Numbered from the stretch's first letter, positions 27,561 through 37,237 are shown. The stretch is 64,000 nucleotides of DNA from an uncultured Iamiaceae bacterium (GCA_964621605.1 CAZUMJ010000005.1:7331-71330), one strand, 5' to 3'. A program made the numbers and translations. Notes: generated by a model not told the origin, from the letters alone.

Positions 27561-28819
27561 TGTCTGACCGGGGTGAGGCGTCCCCGGGCTGGACCCGGCG
27601 AGGACCCATCGGGTGGATCCGCGACGTCGTTCGGCGAGCCGCCGAGCTGCCGAGCTGGACCAGCTCGATCCGGTTCCGTCTCACCGCGATCTACTCGCTG
27701 TTGCTGTTCGGCCTGGCGGCGATGGTCGTCGGAGGCATCTACCTGGGCCTCGCCAGCGAGCTGCACAACGAGACCGCTCGTGACGGAAACGTGCAGCTCG
27801 TCGTGCGCCACCCGGATGGCACCATCGATGCCTCCGCTCCCCGCAGCCTTGCCGAGGTGCAGCAGCGGGCGAACGATCAGGCGCTCGACACGCTGCGCAC
27901 GACGAGCACGTTGGCGCTGGCGATCCTCTTCATGGCGAGCCTGCTCCTCGGGTCGGTGGTGGCGGGTCGCGTGCTTGCCCCCATCGGGCGCATCACCAAC
28001 GTGGCTCGTGAGATCCAAGCGACGGACCTGTCGAGACGCATCGGGCTCACCGGGCCCGAAGACGAGCTGCGCGAGCTCGCCGACACGTTCGACCGCATGC
28101 TCGCCCGCCTCGACGAGGCATTCGAGGGGCAGCGCCACTTCATCCATGAGGCATCGCATGAGCTGCGCAACCCGCTGGCCGTGATTCGCACAAATCTCGA
28201 CGTGGTGCTCGGTGACCCGGAGGCCGACAAGGAGGAGCTCCAGCAGGTCGGCGCGGTGGTGCTGCGATCGGCCGAGCGGATGAGCCGACTTGTCGATGAT
28301 CTGCTCGTGTACGCCGACCGTGGGAGTGCCGTCGAGCGACACGCGGTGCTCGATGTGGCTCGAGTGGTCGAGGCATCAGCGCTGGAGTTCCGCATTCCGG
28401 CCGAGGCACGCGGCCTGACCCTGGAGACGTCCGCTCCCGACGGCCTCTGGGTGATGGGCGACGCGACTGCGTTGCGCCGCATGCTCGCCAACCTGCTCGC
28501 CAACGCGATCCGCCTGGGCCCACCGGAGTCGGCGATCAGAGTGTCCGCAGCCCGGTCTGGGTCTTGGGTGTGGCTGGCGGTTGACGATGCTGGTCCTGGC
28601 ATTCCGGTTGCCGAGCGAGATGCCGTGTTCCAGCGCTTCTGGCGTGGGGATCCGGGCAATGCCCGAGCCGAGGGGCGCAGCGGGCTCGGGCTCACCATCG
28701 TGCGGCAGATCGTCGAATCCCACCGCGGGAGCATCAGGCTCTGGCCGTCCGAGCGGGGCGGTTCGACCTTCGTGGTGTGGCTCCCCGCAACGACCGCTGA
28801 CGGATCTGCGCCTGCCTGA
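27560..28819 (+). CDS. Sensor histidine kinase (HAMP-HisKA-HATPase)
   Basis: ATGA overlap with the regulator gene. Two TM segments are present. The H-box is FIHEASHELRNPLAV and the G-boxes are DDAGPGI and GLGLTIV. Confidence 0.9.
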   Translation: MSDRGEASPGWTRRGPIGWIRDVVRRAAELPSWTSSIRFRLTAIYSLLLFGLAAMVVGGIYLGLASELHNETARDGNVQLVVRHPDGTIDASAPRSLAEVQQRANDQALDTLRTTSTLALAILFMASLLLGSVVAGRVLAPIGRITNVAREIQATDLSRRIGLTGPEDELRELADTFDRMLARLDEAFEGQRHFIHEASHELRNPLAVIRTNLDVVLGDPEADKEELQQVGAVVLRSAERMSRLVDDLLVYADRGSAVERHAVLDVARVVEASALEFRIPAEARGLTLETSAPDGLWVMGDATALRRMLANLLANAIRLGPPESAIRVSAARSGSWVWLAVDDAGPGIPVAERDAVFQRFWRGDPGNARAEGRSGLGLTIVRQIVESHRGSIRLWPSERGGSTFVVWLPATTADGSAPA

Positions 28820-28929
28820 CGCGCGTGCTCGTGCCCCGTGTCGTGTCATGGGCATGGGACGGTCCTAGCGTGGAGCGGACACGCGCCGACGACGGTGCGT
28901 CCCTACTCGCACGCAGGAGGCAACGGTCG

Positions 28930-30270
28930 GTGGAAGCACCATGGGGTGGCACGGGGTCAAGTGACACGTCGGCTGCGCGGCCGGGAACCTGGAACCCAAC
29001 CCCAACTGCACCGCCGTTCGGCGTTCCTCCGCGGCCCGGTCCGTTCATGCCTGGCGCCCCGTTCGAAGCGGGCCCGGCGCCTCGCGATCCGTGGGCTACC
29101 CCACCGAACGGAGGCCCCCCGGCGTTCGGCGGCCCACCGCCTCCCGGTGCGGGTGCCTGGGCTTCTCCGGGGCTGGGCGGCACCGACCCGACATCACAGA
29201 AGCGGTCGCCGAAGGCTGGCGCCGGCAGGGCGACAGTTGCGGTCACGGTGGTGGTGGTGTTGGCGCTGGTCGCCGGGTTCGTCACGGGGCGTGTGACGGG
29301 GTCCGCGACGCCGAGCGCGGTGTTCGCATCGGGGGCCTCGGGCGGCGCTTCGGCGTCACAGCCCACGTTGCCCGCACCGTTGAAGGGGAACGAAGCCGAG
29401 CCGGTGGCGGCGGTGGCACGAGTGCTGTCGCCCGCGGTGGTGCAGCTGCAGACCTCCTCAGACCTCGGCTCCGGGGTCATCTACGACGCGAGCGGCTTGA
29501 TCCTCACGGCGGCTCACGTCGTCGGAGATCAAGACACGATGCGAGTCCGTATGGCTGACGGCACGCAGACCGACGGCAAGGTGCTGGGCGCAGACCAATC
29601 GACCGACATCGCGGTGGTCAAGATCGACCCGACCCCCTCCATGCCGGTGGCCGTGCTCGCGACGGGCATCGACCCGCAGGTCGGGCAGATGGCGATAGCG
29701 ATCGGAAGCCCGTACGGCCTCGACCAAACCGTCACGTCTGGCATCGTGAGCGCGGTGGGGAGGGCGGTGGAGACGCCGGGCGGCGAGGTGGCGATGATCC
29801 AGACCGACGCGCCGATCAACCCCGGCAACTCCGGCGGCGCGCTCGCTGATCGGCTCGGCCGGGTGATCGGCATCAACGATTCGATCATCAACGGGAACTC
29901 GTCTGGTGCCGAGGCAGGCAACGTCGGGGTCGGGTTCGCGATCCCGATCGATCTCGCCAAAGACGTGGCAGATCGCATCGTGGCGGGCGAGCCGCTCACC
30001 GCCGGCTACCTCGGCGTGCGGGGAAGTGACGCCACGGGCAGCCGGAGCGGCGCACTCATCGTGTCTGTCGAAGCGGGAAGCCCTGCGGCAGCGGCGGGCG
30101 TGCAGGAAGGCGACGTCGTGACCGCCGCGGATGACACGCGCATCGGCTCCATGGTCGACCTTGCGGCAGCGGTGCGCACCCACCAGCCGGGTGACGAGGT
30201 GCGTCTCACCGTGTACCGCAACGGCAAGGTGTTGACGTTGACGGCGAAGCTCGGCAAGTCCGGCTCGTAG
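28930..30270 (+). CDS. HtrA/DegP-family serine protease with a PDZ domain (PepD-like)
   Basis: AAHVV, DIAVVKI and TDAPINPGNSGGAL form the catalytic triad context. A C-terminal PDZ domain, a Pro-rich N-terminus and one TM segment are present. I prefer the GTG at 28930 (AGGAGG 9 nt upstream) over the track start at 28825. Confidence 0.88.
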   Translation: MEAPWGGTGSSDTSAARPGTWNPTPTAPPFGVPPRPGPFMPGAPFEAGPAPRDPWATPPNGGPPAFGGPPPPGAGAWASPGLGGTDPTSQKRSPKAGAGRATVAVTVVVVLALVAGFVTGRVTGSATPSAVFASGASGGASASQPTLPAPLKGNEAEPVAAVARVLSPAVVQLQTSSDLGSGVIYDASGLILTAAHVVGDQDTMRVRMADGTQTDGKVLGADQSTDIAVVKIDPTPSMPVAVLATGIDPQVGQMAIAIGSPYGLDQTVTSGIVSAVGRAVETPGGEVAMIQTDAPINPGNSGGALADRLGRVIGINDSIINGNSSGAEAGNVGVGFAIPIDLAKDVADRIVAGEPLTAGYLGVRGSDATGSRSGALIVSVEAGSPAAAAGVQEGDVVTAADDTRIGSMVDLAAAVRTHQPGDEVRLTVYRNGKVLTLTAKLGKSGS

Positions 30271-30317
30271 CAGCACCGTCGTTCCGCACTGCTTGGGTCT
30301 CCTAGGCTGCGCGGATC

Positions 30318-31514
30318 ATGTGGTTCGTCTGGATATCGCTGCTCGTCTTGCTGCTGGTCGTCGTTGCCGGCACGTTCCTGTTGGCGCGCTCGCGCCGCGC
30401 GCAGGGAGTCAAACTCGAACCCCCCGCCTCGGGCGGCAGTGACCTACGGGCTCTTGTCGCACAACAGGCGGAAGACGACGAGCGCGTGGCCGCGCTCCAG
30501 GCCGACGTGGCCGAGATGGCGAACCCGGTCACCGAAGTCGAGGTTCCGCCGGAGCTCGCCGCCGAGGTCGATGCGGCACTTGCCGGGGTCGAGGTGGAGG
30601 AGGCCCCGAGCAAGCCGAGCTTTCGGGATCGCCTCGCTCGGGCCCGCGGGGCGCTCAGTGGCTACCTCGGTTCGATCGTGTCTCGCCAGGGCATCGACGA
30701 CGACACGTGGGACGAGCTCGAGGAGGCGCTGATCAGGGCTGACGTCGGTGCCGCGCTCGCATCAGAGCTGCTGGACGACCTGCGCGCCACGGTGCGAACC
30801 GACGGCGTGACCGAGTCTGCCGTGTTGCTCGACATGTTGAAGGCGACGGTGCGTCAACGGCTCGCCGCCGACGACCGCTCGCTTCGCCTCGACGACGGCA
30901 TGACCAACGTGTGGCTGTTCGTGGGCGTCAACGGTGTCGGCAAGACCACGACGATCGGCAAGCTCGCCGACCGCGAGGTGCGTGCTGGGCGCACCGTCGT
31001 GCTCGCCGCAGGCGACACGTTTCGAGCGGCAGCCGCCGAGCAGCTCGGGACGTGGGCGGAGCGCGCAGGCGCCACGCTGGTCCGCGGGGCCGAAGGCGCC
31101 GACCCGAGCTCTGTCGTGTTCGATGCGATCGAGGCGGCCGCGGCCCGTGACGTCGACCTCGTCCTGGCCGACACGGCAGGCCGCCTCCACACCAAGTCGA
31201 ACCTGATGGAGGAGCTCCGCAAGGTGCGTCGCGTCGCCGACAAGGAGCCGGGGCACGTCACCGAGGTCCTGCTCGTGCTCGATGCCACCACGGGTCAGAA
31301 CGGGCTTGTGCAGGCGCGTGAGTTCACGGAGGCGGTCGAGGTGACCGGCGTGGTCCTCACCAAGCTCGACGGGTCGGCCAAGGGCGGCATCGTGCTCGCC
31401 ATCCAGGCCCAGTTGGGCATCCCGGTGAAGCTGGTCGGGTTGGGTGAGACGGCGGCAGACCTGGTTGCGTTCGATCCGGACGAGTTCGTCGACGCGCTCT
31501 TCGCGGTCGACTGA
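30318..31514 (+). CDS. ftsY: Signal recognition particle receptor FtsY with an N-terminal TM anchor
   Basis: GVNGVGKTTTIGKLA, DTAGRLH and TKLDGSAKGG are the SRP GTPase motifs. The N-terminus is MWFVWISLLVLLLVVVAGTFLL. Confidence 0.95.
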   Translation: MWFVWISLLVLLLVVVAGTFLLARSRRAQGVKLEPPASGGSDLRALVAQQAEDDERVAALQADVAEMANPVTEVEVPPELAAEVDAALAGVEVEEAPSKPSFRDRLARARGALSGYLGSIVSRQGIDDDTWDELEEALIRADVGAALASELLDDLRATVRTDGVTESAVLLDMLKATVRQRLAADDRSLRLDDGMTNVWLFVGVNGVGKTTTIGKLADREVRAGRTVVLAAGDTFRAAAAEQLGTWAERAGATLVRGAEGADPSSVVFDAIEAAAARDVDLVLADTAGRLHTKSNLMEELRKVRRVADKEPGHVTEVLLVLDATTGQNGLVQAREFTEAVEVTGVVLTKLDGSAKGGIVLAIQAQLGIPVKLVGLGETAADLVAFDPDEFVDALFAVD

Positions 31515-31530
31515 GACGAGGAGATCCGAC

Positions 31531-31968
31531 ATGCTGCTAGCCCGCCTGGTGTTCAAGGTGCCTGCCATGGCTTGGCGTGCGGGGAAGGGGAGCGCCCGGG
31601 TGGTGGGGTACCGCCGCGTGCTGCTGCTCGGGACGGGCATCGGCATCGGGCTGCTCGTCGCGCCGACCTCCGGTGAGGTGTTGCGGGGTCGTCTCCGAGA
31701 CGCGCTCGCGCGTCGGCGAGCCGGGAGCGAACCATCGGTCGAGGAGCGCGTGCGAGAGCATCTGCGGCGCGCACCTCGAACCTGGCACCTGCCGCAGCCG
31801 GAGGTGGTGGCGGTGCCGATCATCGACGGACCCGGCTGGGAGGTCATCTTGGCGGGCGAGATCGCCAGCGACACGGCGCGTCGTGACATCGAGCAGGCGG
31901 CAGCATCGGTCACGGGCGTCGTACGGGTCGACAACCGGCTTCGCCTAGCCGAGGGTTCGACGGTCTGA
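31531..31968 (+). CDS. Small membrane-anchored BON-domain-like protein
   Basis: ATG at 31531 with GAGGAG upstream. One TM segment (VLLLGTGIGIGLLVAP) is present. The C-terminus ARRDIEQAAASVTGVVRVDNRLRL resembles a BON domain. Confidence 0.6.
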   Translation: MLLARLVFKVPAMAWRAGKGSARVVGYRRVLLLGTGIGIGLLVAPTSGEVLRGRLRDALARRRAGSEPSVEERVREHLRRAPRTWHLPQPEVVAVPIIDGPGWEVILAGEIASDTARRDIEQAAASVTGVVRVDNRLRLAEGSTV

Positions 31969-32004
31969 CCGAGCAGTCGTCTGGTCGCCGGTAGGCTCGC
32001 CGGC

Positions 32005-33495
32005 ATGTTCGACGCTCTCACCGACCGCTTCGAGGGGATCTTCAAGCGCCTGCGCGGCCGTGGCCACCTGAGCGAGGCCGATGTCGACGAGGTGCTGCGC
32101 GAGATCCGGCTTGCGCTTCTCGAGGCCGACGTCAACTTCAAGGTGGTGAAGGGCCTTGTCGCCCGCATCCGCGAGCGGTGCGTCGGGGCCGAGCTGCACG
32201 AGGCGCTGAACCCTGCGCAGCAGGTGGTCGACATCGTCCACCAGGAGCTCATCGCTTCGCTCGGGGGTGAAGCCCTCAAGATCACCTACGCAGCGAAGCC
32301 TCCGACCGTCGTGTTGATGGCTGGTCTGCAGGGCTCCGGCAAGACGACCAACAGCGCGAAGCTGGCTCGCTGGTTCAAGCAGCAGGGTCGCAACCCGTTG
32401 CTCGTCGGCGCCGACCTGCAGCGCCCCGCGGCGGTCGCTCAGCTCCGCACGTTGGCGCGCCAGATCGACGTTCCCGTGTACTCGGCTCCTGACGACGTCG
32501 TCGCGGGCGGCGCCGGCGACCCCGTCGCCGTGGCCGAGGGAGCCATGGCCGAGGCGAAGCGCCTGGGTCGTGACGTGGTCATCGTCGACACCGCCGGCCG
32601 CCTGTCCATCGATGCCGAGCTCATGGAGCAGGTGCGTCGCATCGAGCAGGTGACCGAGCCGCACTACACCTTCCTCGTCGTCGATGCGATGACCGGCCAG
32701 GACGCGGTCACCACCGCCGAGAACTTCCACGCCACCCTGAGGCTCGACGGTGTCATCCTCACCAAGCTCGACGGCGATGCCCGCGGCGGTGCGGCGCTGT
32801 CGGTGAAGGAGGTCGTCGGGCGCCCGATCGCGTTCGCGTCGACGGGTGAGAAGCTCGACGAGTTCGACCTGTTCCACCCCGATCGTCTCGCCGGGCGCAT
32901 CCTCGGCATGGGCGACGTGCTCACCCTGATCGAGAAGGCGAAGGAGGCCGGCGATCAGCAGGAGGCCGAGGAGGCCGCGGCACGACTGCTCGAAGGGAGC
33001 TTCACCTTCGAGGACTTCCTCGAGCAGATGCAGCAGGTCAAGAAGATGGGGTCGTTCGGGGGCCTCATGAAGATGCTCCCCGGCGTCCCGAAAGAGGTGC
33101 GCAACGCCGACATCGACGATCGCGAGATCGGCCGTCTCGAGGCGATGATCCGCTCCATGACCATCGAGGAACGGCGCCACCCCGACCTCATCGATGGCTC
33201 GCGCCGGCTGCGCATCGCGAACGGAAGCGGCACCACCACCTCCGAGGTGAACCAACTGCTGCGCCAGTTCAAGGAGGTGCAGCGCATGATGAAGGGCCTC
33301 GGCGTCGGTCCCGGCAAGCGGGCCAAGGCGAAGGGCAAGCAGCGCAAGGGCAAGGGTGGTGGTCGGGTCACCGCGGCGGGTACGCGGCCGACCGCGTCCC
33401 CCCGTCTGCCCGACCTCGGCGAGGCCCCGTTCGGCCTCCCCGACCTGGGTGCGAGCACGGCGAAGCCCGAGCTGAAGCTCCCCGGTTTGAACTGA
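32005..33495 (+). CDS. ffh: Signal recognition particle protein Ffh
   Basis: [35 protein letters not shown] and [10 protein letters not shown] are present. An M-domain and a basic/Gly-rich tail follow. Confidence 0.97.
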   Translation: MFDALTDRFEGIFKRLRGRGHLSEADVDEVLREIRLALLEADVNFKVVKGLVARIRERCVGAELHEALNPAQQVVDIVHQELIASLGGEALKITYAAKPPTVVLMAGLQGSGKTTNSAKLARWFKQQGRNPLLVGADLQRPAAVAQLRTLARQIDVPVYSAPDDVVAGGAGDPVAVAEGAMAEAKRLGRDVVIVDTAGRLSIDAELMEQVRRIEQVTEPHYTFLVVDAMTGQDAVTTAENFHATLRLDGVILTKLDGDARGGAALSVKEVVGRPIAFASTGEKLDEFDLFHPDRLAGRILGMGDVLTLIEKAKEAGDQQEAEEAAARLLEGSFTFEDFLEQMQQVKKMGSFGGLMKMLPGVPKEVRNADIDDREIGRLEAMIRSMTIEERRHPDLIDGSRRLRIANGSGTTTSEVNQLLRQFKEVQRMMKGLGVGPGKRAKAKGKQRKGKGGGRVTAAGTRPTASPRLPDLGEAPFGLPDLGASTAKPELKLPGLN

Positions 33496-33574
33496 CGCCC
33501 TCGAACAACGCAAACTTGCAGGTCGCCGCTTTCGGCAACACCCTGCATCACCCCCACGACAGGAAGAGAAGCAC

Positions 33575-33841
33575 GTGGCCGTCAAGCTCCGTCTCATGCG
33601 GATGGGCAAGAAGAAGCAGCCGACCTACCGCATCGTCGCGGCCGACTCGCGTGCGCCGCGTGATGGTCGCTTCATCGAGATCGTGGGCACGTATCAGCCG
33701 CGCCTCGAGCCGTCCGGTGTCACCGTCGACGACGACAAGGCACTCAAGTGGCTTCGAAACGGCGCACAGCCGACCGAGGCAGTCGAGAAGCTTCTGAAGA
33801 TCTCGGGTACTTGGGCGACGTTCCGAGGCGAGGCCTCGTGA
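33575..33841 (+). CDS. rpsP: 30S ribosomal protein S16
   Basis: [42 protein letters not shown] is the canonical S16 sequence. Confidence 0.95.
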   Translation: MAVKLRLMRMGKKKQPTYRIVAADSRAPRDGRFIEIVGTYQPRLEPSGVTVDDDKALKWLRNGAQPTEAVEKLLKISGTWATFRGEAS

Positions 33842-34095
33842 CCGACGACGCCGTCGCTCCGGCGACCGCGGTCGCGGTGCTCGACTACCTCGTTCGGCAG
33901 ATCGTCGACAACCCCGACGCGGTCCGCGTCGAGGTCTCGGGCGACTCGCGGGCACGCCTCGACGTGCACGTCGCCGAGGGCGACCTCGGCCGCGTGATCG
34001 GTCGCCGGGGCCGCACCGCGCAGGCGATCCGTACGGTCGTCCGTGCAGCTGCGGCTCGCGACGAGGTCGACGTCGACGTGGAGTTCGTCGACTGA
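33838..34095 (+). CDS. KH-domain RNA-binding protein (YlqC/UPF0109 family)
   Basis: The GTG overlaps the rpsP stop (GTGA). [40 protein letters not shown] contains the GxxG KH motif. Confidence 0.85.
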   Translation: MTDDAVAPATAVAVLDYLVRQIVDNPDAVRVEVSGDSRARLDVHVAEGDLGRVIGRRGRTAQAIRTVVRAAAARDEVDVDVEFVD

Positions 34096-34154
34096 CGAGC
34101 GACTCGGGCAAGGCGCGGCCGTCGGCTGAGGGCCGTGAGGCGCAGGCCGAGCGC

Positions 34155-34667
34155 GTGTGGCTCGAAGTAGGTCGTATCGGCCGAGCGCACGGCATCCGAG
34201 GGGACGTGCTCGTCACCCTCACCACCGAGCGCACCGACCGACTCTCCCCGGGGGCAACCCTCCGGGCAGGCAGCGACTCCCTCGAGGTCGTCGCGGCGCG
34301 GCCGCATCAGGAGCGCTGGATCGTCCACTTCGCAGGCGTCGAGGACCGCAGCGCGGCCGAGGCATTACGCGGCACGGCTCTTGAGGTGCACGCGCCGGTC
34401 GAGCCCGAGGGCGATGAGCTCTGGGTGCACACGGTCATCGGTGCCGAGGTGTTCCTCGGCGACGGGACGCGTGTCGGTGCGGTCACTGCGGTGCACGCCA
34501 ATCCCGCGCACGACCTGTTGGAGCTCGACGACGAGACGTTGATCCCGGTGGTCTTCGTGGTGTCGTCGAGCGCAACCCCGGCAGGCCGTGCGCTCGTCAT
34601 CGACCCCCCGGCCGGGCTGCTGCCCGAGCCCTCCGGGAGCGAGGCTGGCGAACGGCCAAAGTCGTGA
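34155..34667 (+). CDS. rimM: 16S rRNA processing protein RimM
   Basis: LEVGRIGRAHGIRGDVLV is the RimM N-terminal signature, followed by a PRC barrel C-terminus. The position between rpsP and trmD fits. Confidence 0.9.
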   Translation: MWLEVGRIGRAHGIRGDVLVTLTTERTDRLSPGATLRAGSDSLEVVAARPHQERWIVHFAGVEDRSAAEALRGTALEVHAPVEPEGDELWVHTVIGAEVFLGDGTRVGAVTAVHANPAHDLLELDDETLIPVVFVVSSSATPAGRALVIDPPAGLLPEPSGSEAGERPKS

Positions 34668-35503
34668 ACGCCGCCCTGCGGGTCGACATCTTCACGATCT
34701 TTCCCGACCTCGTGGAAGGTTTCGCGGGCAGGAGCCTCCTCGGCAAGGCGCGTGGCCGGGGCCTGCTCGACGTGCGGGTCCATGACCTGCGCTCGGGGAC
34801 GAGCGACCCGCACCGATCCGTTGACGACGCGCCGTTCGGGGGTGGTGCGGGCATGGTGCTCATGCCCGAGCCGGTGTTCACGGTGGTGGAGCGGGCTGAC
34901 CCTCCACGCCCCTTGTTCTTCCTCGGTCCGGGGGGTCGGCGCCTCGACCAGCGCCTCGCGCGCGAGCTGGCGGACGGCGGGGGCTTCTCGCTGTTGTGTG
35001 GCCGCTACGAGGGCATCGACCAGCGCGTCTGCGATCACCTCGTCGACGACGAGCTCTCGATCGGCGACTTCGTCCTTGCGGGCGGCGAGGTGGCGGCGCT
35101 GGTCGTGCTCGAGGCGGTCGGTCGGCTCGTGCCCGGCGTCATGGGCAACACCACGTCCGCTGACGAGGAGTCCTTCAGCGACGGACTGCTCGAGTATGCG
35201 CATTACACGCGCCCCGCGAGCTTTCGTGGCTGGGAGGTGCCGGAGGTGCTGCGCTCCGGCGACCATGGTCGCGTCGCGAGGTGGCGACGTGCGCAGGCAT
35301 TGGCACGGACGCTTGCGCGGCGCCCGGACCTCCTGCGCGCCAGGGGAGGGTTGCGTCCCGACGAGGTGGACCTGCTGGCGCGGGAGGGGTTGTTGCATGC
35401 CGACCTACTCGCTCCCCGGGAGGCCGATGGGTCGCTCGCTCCCGATGCCCTCGTTGCGGAACCAACCGATGCGGCTGGCCCTCCCGTGCCTCCGGCCAGG
35501 TAG
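34664..35503 (+). CDS. trmD: tRNA (guanine37-N1)-methyltransferase TrmD
   Basis: VDIFTIFPDLVEGF..HRSVDDAPFGGGAGMVLMPEPV..GRYEGIDQRV..SIGDFVLAGGE are canonical motifs. GTGA overlap with rimM. Confidence 0.95.
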   Translation: MNAALRVDIFTIFPDLVEGFAGRSLLGKARGRGLLDVRVHDLRSGTSDPHRSVDDAPFGGGAGMVLMPEPVFTVVERADPPRPLFFLGPGGRRLDQRLARELADGGGFSLLCGRYEGIDQRVCDHLVDDELSIGDFVLAGGEVAALVVLEAVGRLVPGVMGNTTSADEESFSDGLLEYAHYTRPASFRGWEVPEVLRSGDHGRVARWRRAQALARTLARRPDLLRARGGLRPDEVDLLAREGLLHADLLAPREADGSLAPDALVAEPTDAAGPPVPPAR

Positions 35504-35511
35504 CCCTGGCC
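35494..35511 (+). terminator. Hairpin spanning the trmD stop codon
   Basis: GGCCAGG-tagc-CCTGGCC is a perfect 7-bp stem whose loop contains the TAG stop. No U-tract follows, so the function (terminator or processing site) is unproven. Confidence 0.3.
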
Positions 35512-35731
35512 TGCCGGGGCATCGACCGAGCAGTCCGAGAATCGATGGTTGAGCGTTGGCGACGCGGTCCAACGCCTGCAGCGATTTGGTGGCGACGTCG
35601 GGTATGCCGCAGGGGCTCCGCAACTCGTGCTTTGGTCGAAGTCGGTGGCGCCGTCTAACGTGAGGCAGCCCCACGACGGATTGGCCGGGGTGGGAGCCCC
35701 CTCGACCTCACGCCAGGAGCGTGCGTAGCAG

Positions 35732-36079
35732 ATGAACGTCACCGACCCGATCGACCAGGAAAGCCTGCGCGACGACATCCCCGACTTCGCGCCGGGCGAC
35801 ACCTTGAAGGTGCACGTGCGCGTGGTGGAAGGCAACAAGGAGCGCGTCCAGGTTTTCCAGGGCGTAGTGATCCGCCGCCAGGGCGATGGCATTCGTGAGA
35901 CCTTCACGGTGCGCAAGCTCAGCTACGGGGTCGGCGTGGAGCGCACCTTCCCGGTGCATTCGCCGGTCATTGCGACGATCGAGGTCGTCACCCTCGGCGA
36001 CGTGCGCCGGGCCAAGCTCTACTACCTCCGCGACCGTGTCGGGAAGGCCGCGAAGGTCAAGGAGAAGCGGGTCAACTGA
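35732..36079 (+). CDS. rplS: 50S ribosomal protein L19
   Basis: [55 protein letters not shown] is the canonical L19 sequence. Confidence 0.97.
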   Translation: MNVTDPIDQESLRDDIPDFAPGDTLKVHVRVVEGNKERVQVFQGVVIRRQGDGIRETFTVRKLSYGVGVERTFPVHSPVIATIEVVTLGDVRRAKLYYLRDRVGKAAKVKEKRVN

Positions 36080-36147
36080 CCCGGTGACCGGCGCTTGGCG
36101 CCGACCGTGCGCCCCATCGACAGGTGGATTGCGCGATCCTTCCCCCT

Positions 36148-36444
36148 ATGAGTACCGACGATCTCGAGGCATACGAGTCCGAGATCGAACTGCAGCTCTA
36201 CCGCGAGTACAAGGACGTGTGTCCGATGTTCTCGTACGCGATTGAGACCGAACGACGGTTCTACCTCGCGAACTCGGTGGAGCAGCAGGTGCACCAGGAC
36301 GGGTCACGCACATGGGTCGAGCTCGAGCTGCGCGATGCGTGGGTGTGGGACATGTACCGGCAGAGCCGGTTCGTGCCCTCGGTGCACGTGGTGACGTTCA
36401 AGGACGTCAACGTGGAGAGGCTTCCCTCAACAGACGCCCTCTGA
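36148..36444 (+). CDS. DUF2469 family protein (conserved actinobacterial protein)
   Basis: Internal ATG of track ORF 36124..36444. MSTDDLEAYESEIELQLYREYKDVCPMFSYAIETERRFYLANSV matches my recollection of the family that sits between rnhB and yraN in Mycobacterium and Streptomyces. Confidence 0.85.
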   Translation: MSTDDLEAYESEIELQLYREYKDVCPMFSYAIETERRFYLANSVEQQVHQDGSRTWVELELRDAWVWDMYRQSRFVPSVHVVTFKDVNVERLPSTDAL

Positions 36445-36460
36445 CCCAGCGGCCCCGCCG

Positions 36461-36808
36461 GTGACAGCCGGGTCGCAGCGCCTCGGTGCACGCGGCGAGT
36501 TGCTGGCCGCTCGCTGGTACGAGGAGCGGGGGTGGCTGGTGCTCGACCGCAACTGGCGATGTCGTGAAGGTGAGATCGACCTCGTGCTCTCGCGGGACGG
36601 CACGGTCGTGTTCTGCGAGGTGAAGACCCGCTCCTCGCACGCGTTCGGCAGCCCCGCTGAGGCGGTAACCCTTGCGAAGCAGCGACGCCTACGTACGTTG
36701 GCGAGGCGCTGGATGGCTGTCCACGCCCAGACCGGCGTGAAGGTCGTGCGCTTCGACGTGGCGGCGGTGGTTGGTTTGGAGGTGCAGGTGATCGCCGACG
36801 CGTTCTAG
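36461..36808 (+). CDS. yraN: YraN family (UPF0102) endonuclease-like protein
   Basis: GARGELLAARWYEERGWLVLDRNWRCREGEIDLV..VVFCEVKTRS is the YraN signature. Confidence 0.85.
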   Translation: MTAGSQRLGARGELLAARWYEERGWLVLDRNWRCREGEIDLVLSRDGTVVFCEVKTRSSHAFGSPAEAVTLAKQRRLRTLARRWMAVHAQTGVKVVRFDVAAVVGLEVQVIADAF

Positions 36809-37237
36809 GTGGCGGCTGTGCCACTGACCCAGTGTGGGGCGTCGGTCGATACATACAATCGGGTCGTGGATGTTCGGGACCTCGCCGAAGGCCTCAAGGC
36901 CGATCTGGCACGCGGGGCGAACCTGTCCGACAAGTTGCGGCTCGTGCGGCAGTACATCATGAACTTCGACAACGGTGCGGACTTCGAGTCGCTTACGTCC
37001 ACCGCACCGCAGTCGACGGGTGACGAGCGGTGGGATGCGCTGATCGCCGGCGTCACTGAAGACATCGCGTTTCGATTGGGTCACCGAGTCCCCGCATGGA
37101 CTGCAATCGCTCCCTTGGACACCTGGTGGTTCGTGACACCCGTCGCCAAGCTCGAACCGACGGCTTTCGTCGAGTCACCACCGGCGCTCAGCCGACGCGG
37201 GGTGTTCATCCGGCGGTCGTCCTTGGTCAACCGCTGA
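36809..37237 (+). CDS. Hypothetical protein (orphan by eye)
   Basis: The GTG lies directly after the yraN TAG. Third-position GC is high and the amino-acid composition is balanced (..ERWDALIAGVTEDIAFRLGHRVPAWTAIAPLDTWWFVTP..). Local GC is lower. The 3' end overlaps the convergent dprA by 63 nt. I cannot assign a family. Confidence 0.45.
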   Translation: MAAVPLTQCGASVDTYNRVVDVRDLAEGLKADLARGANLSDKLRLVRQYIMNFDNGADFESLTSTAPQSTGDERWDALIAGVTEDIAFRLGHRVPAWTAIAPLDTWWFVTPVAKLEPTAFVESPPALSRRGVFIRRSSLVNR

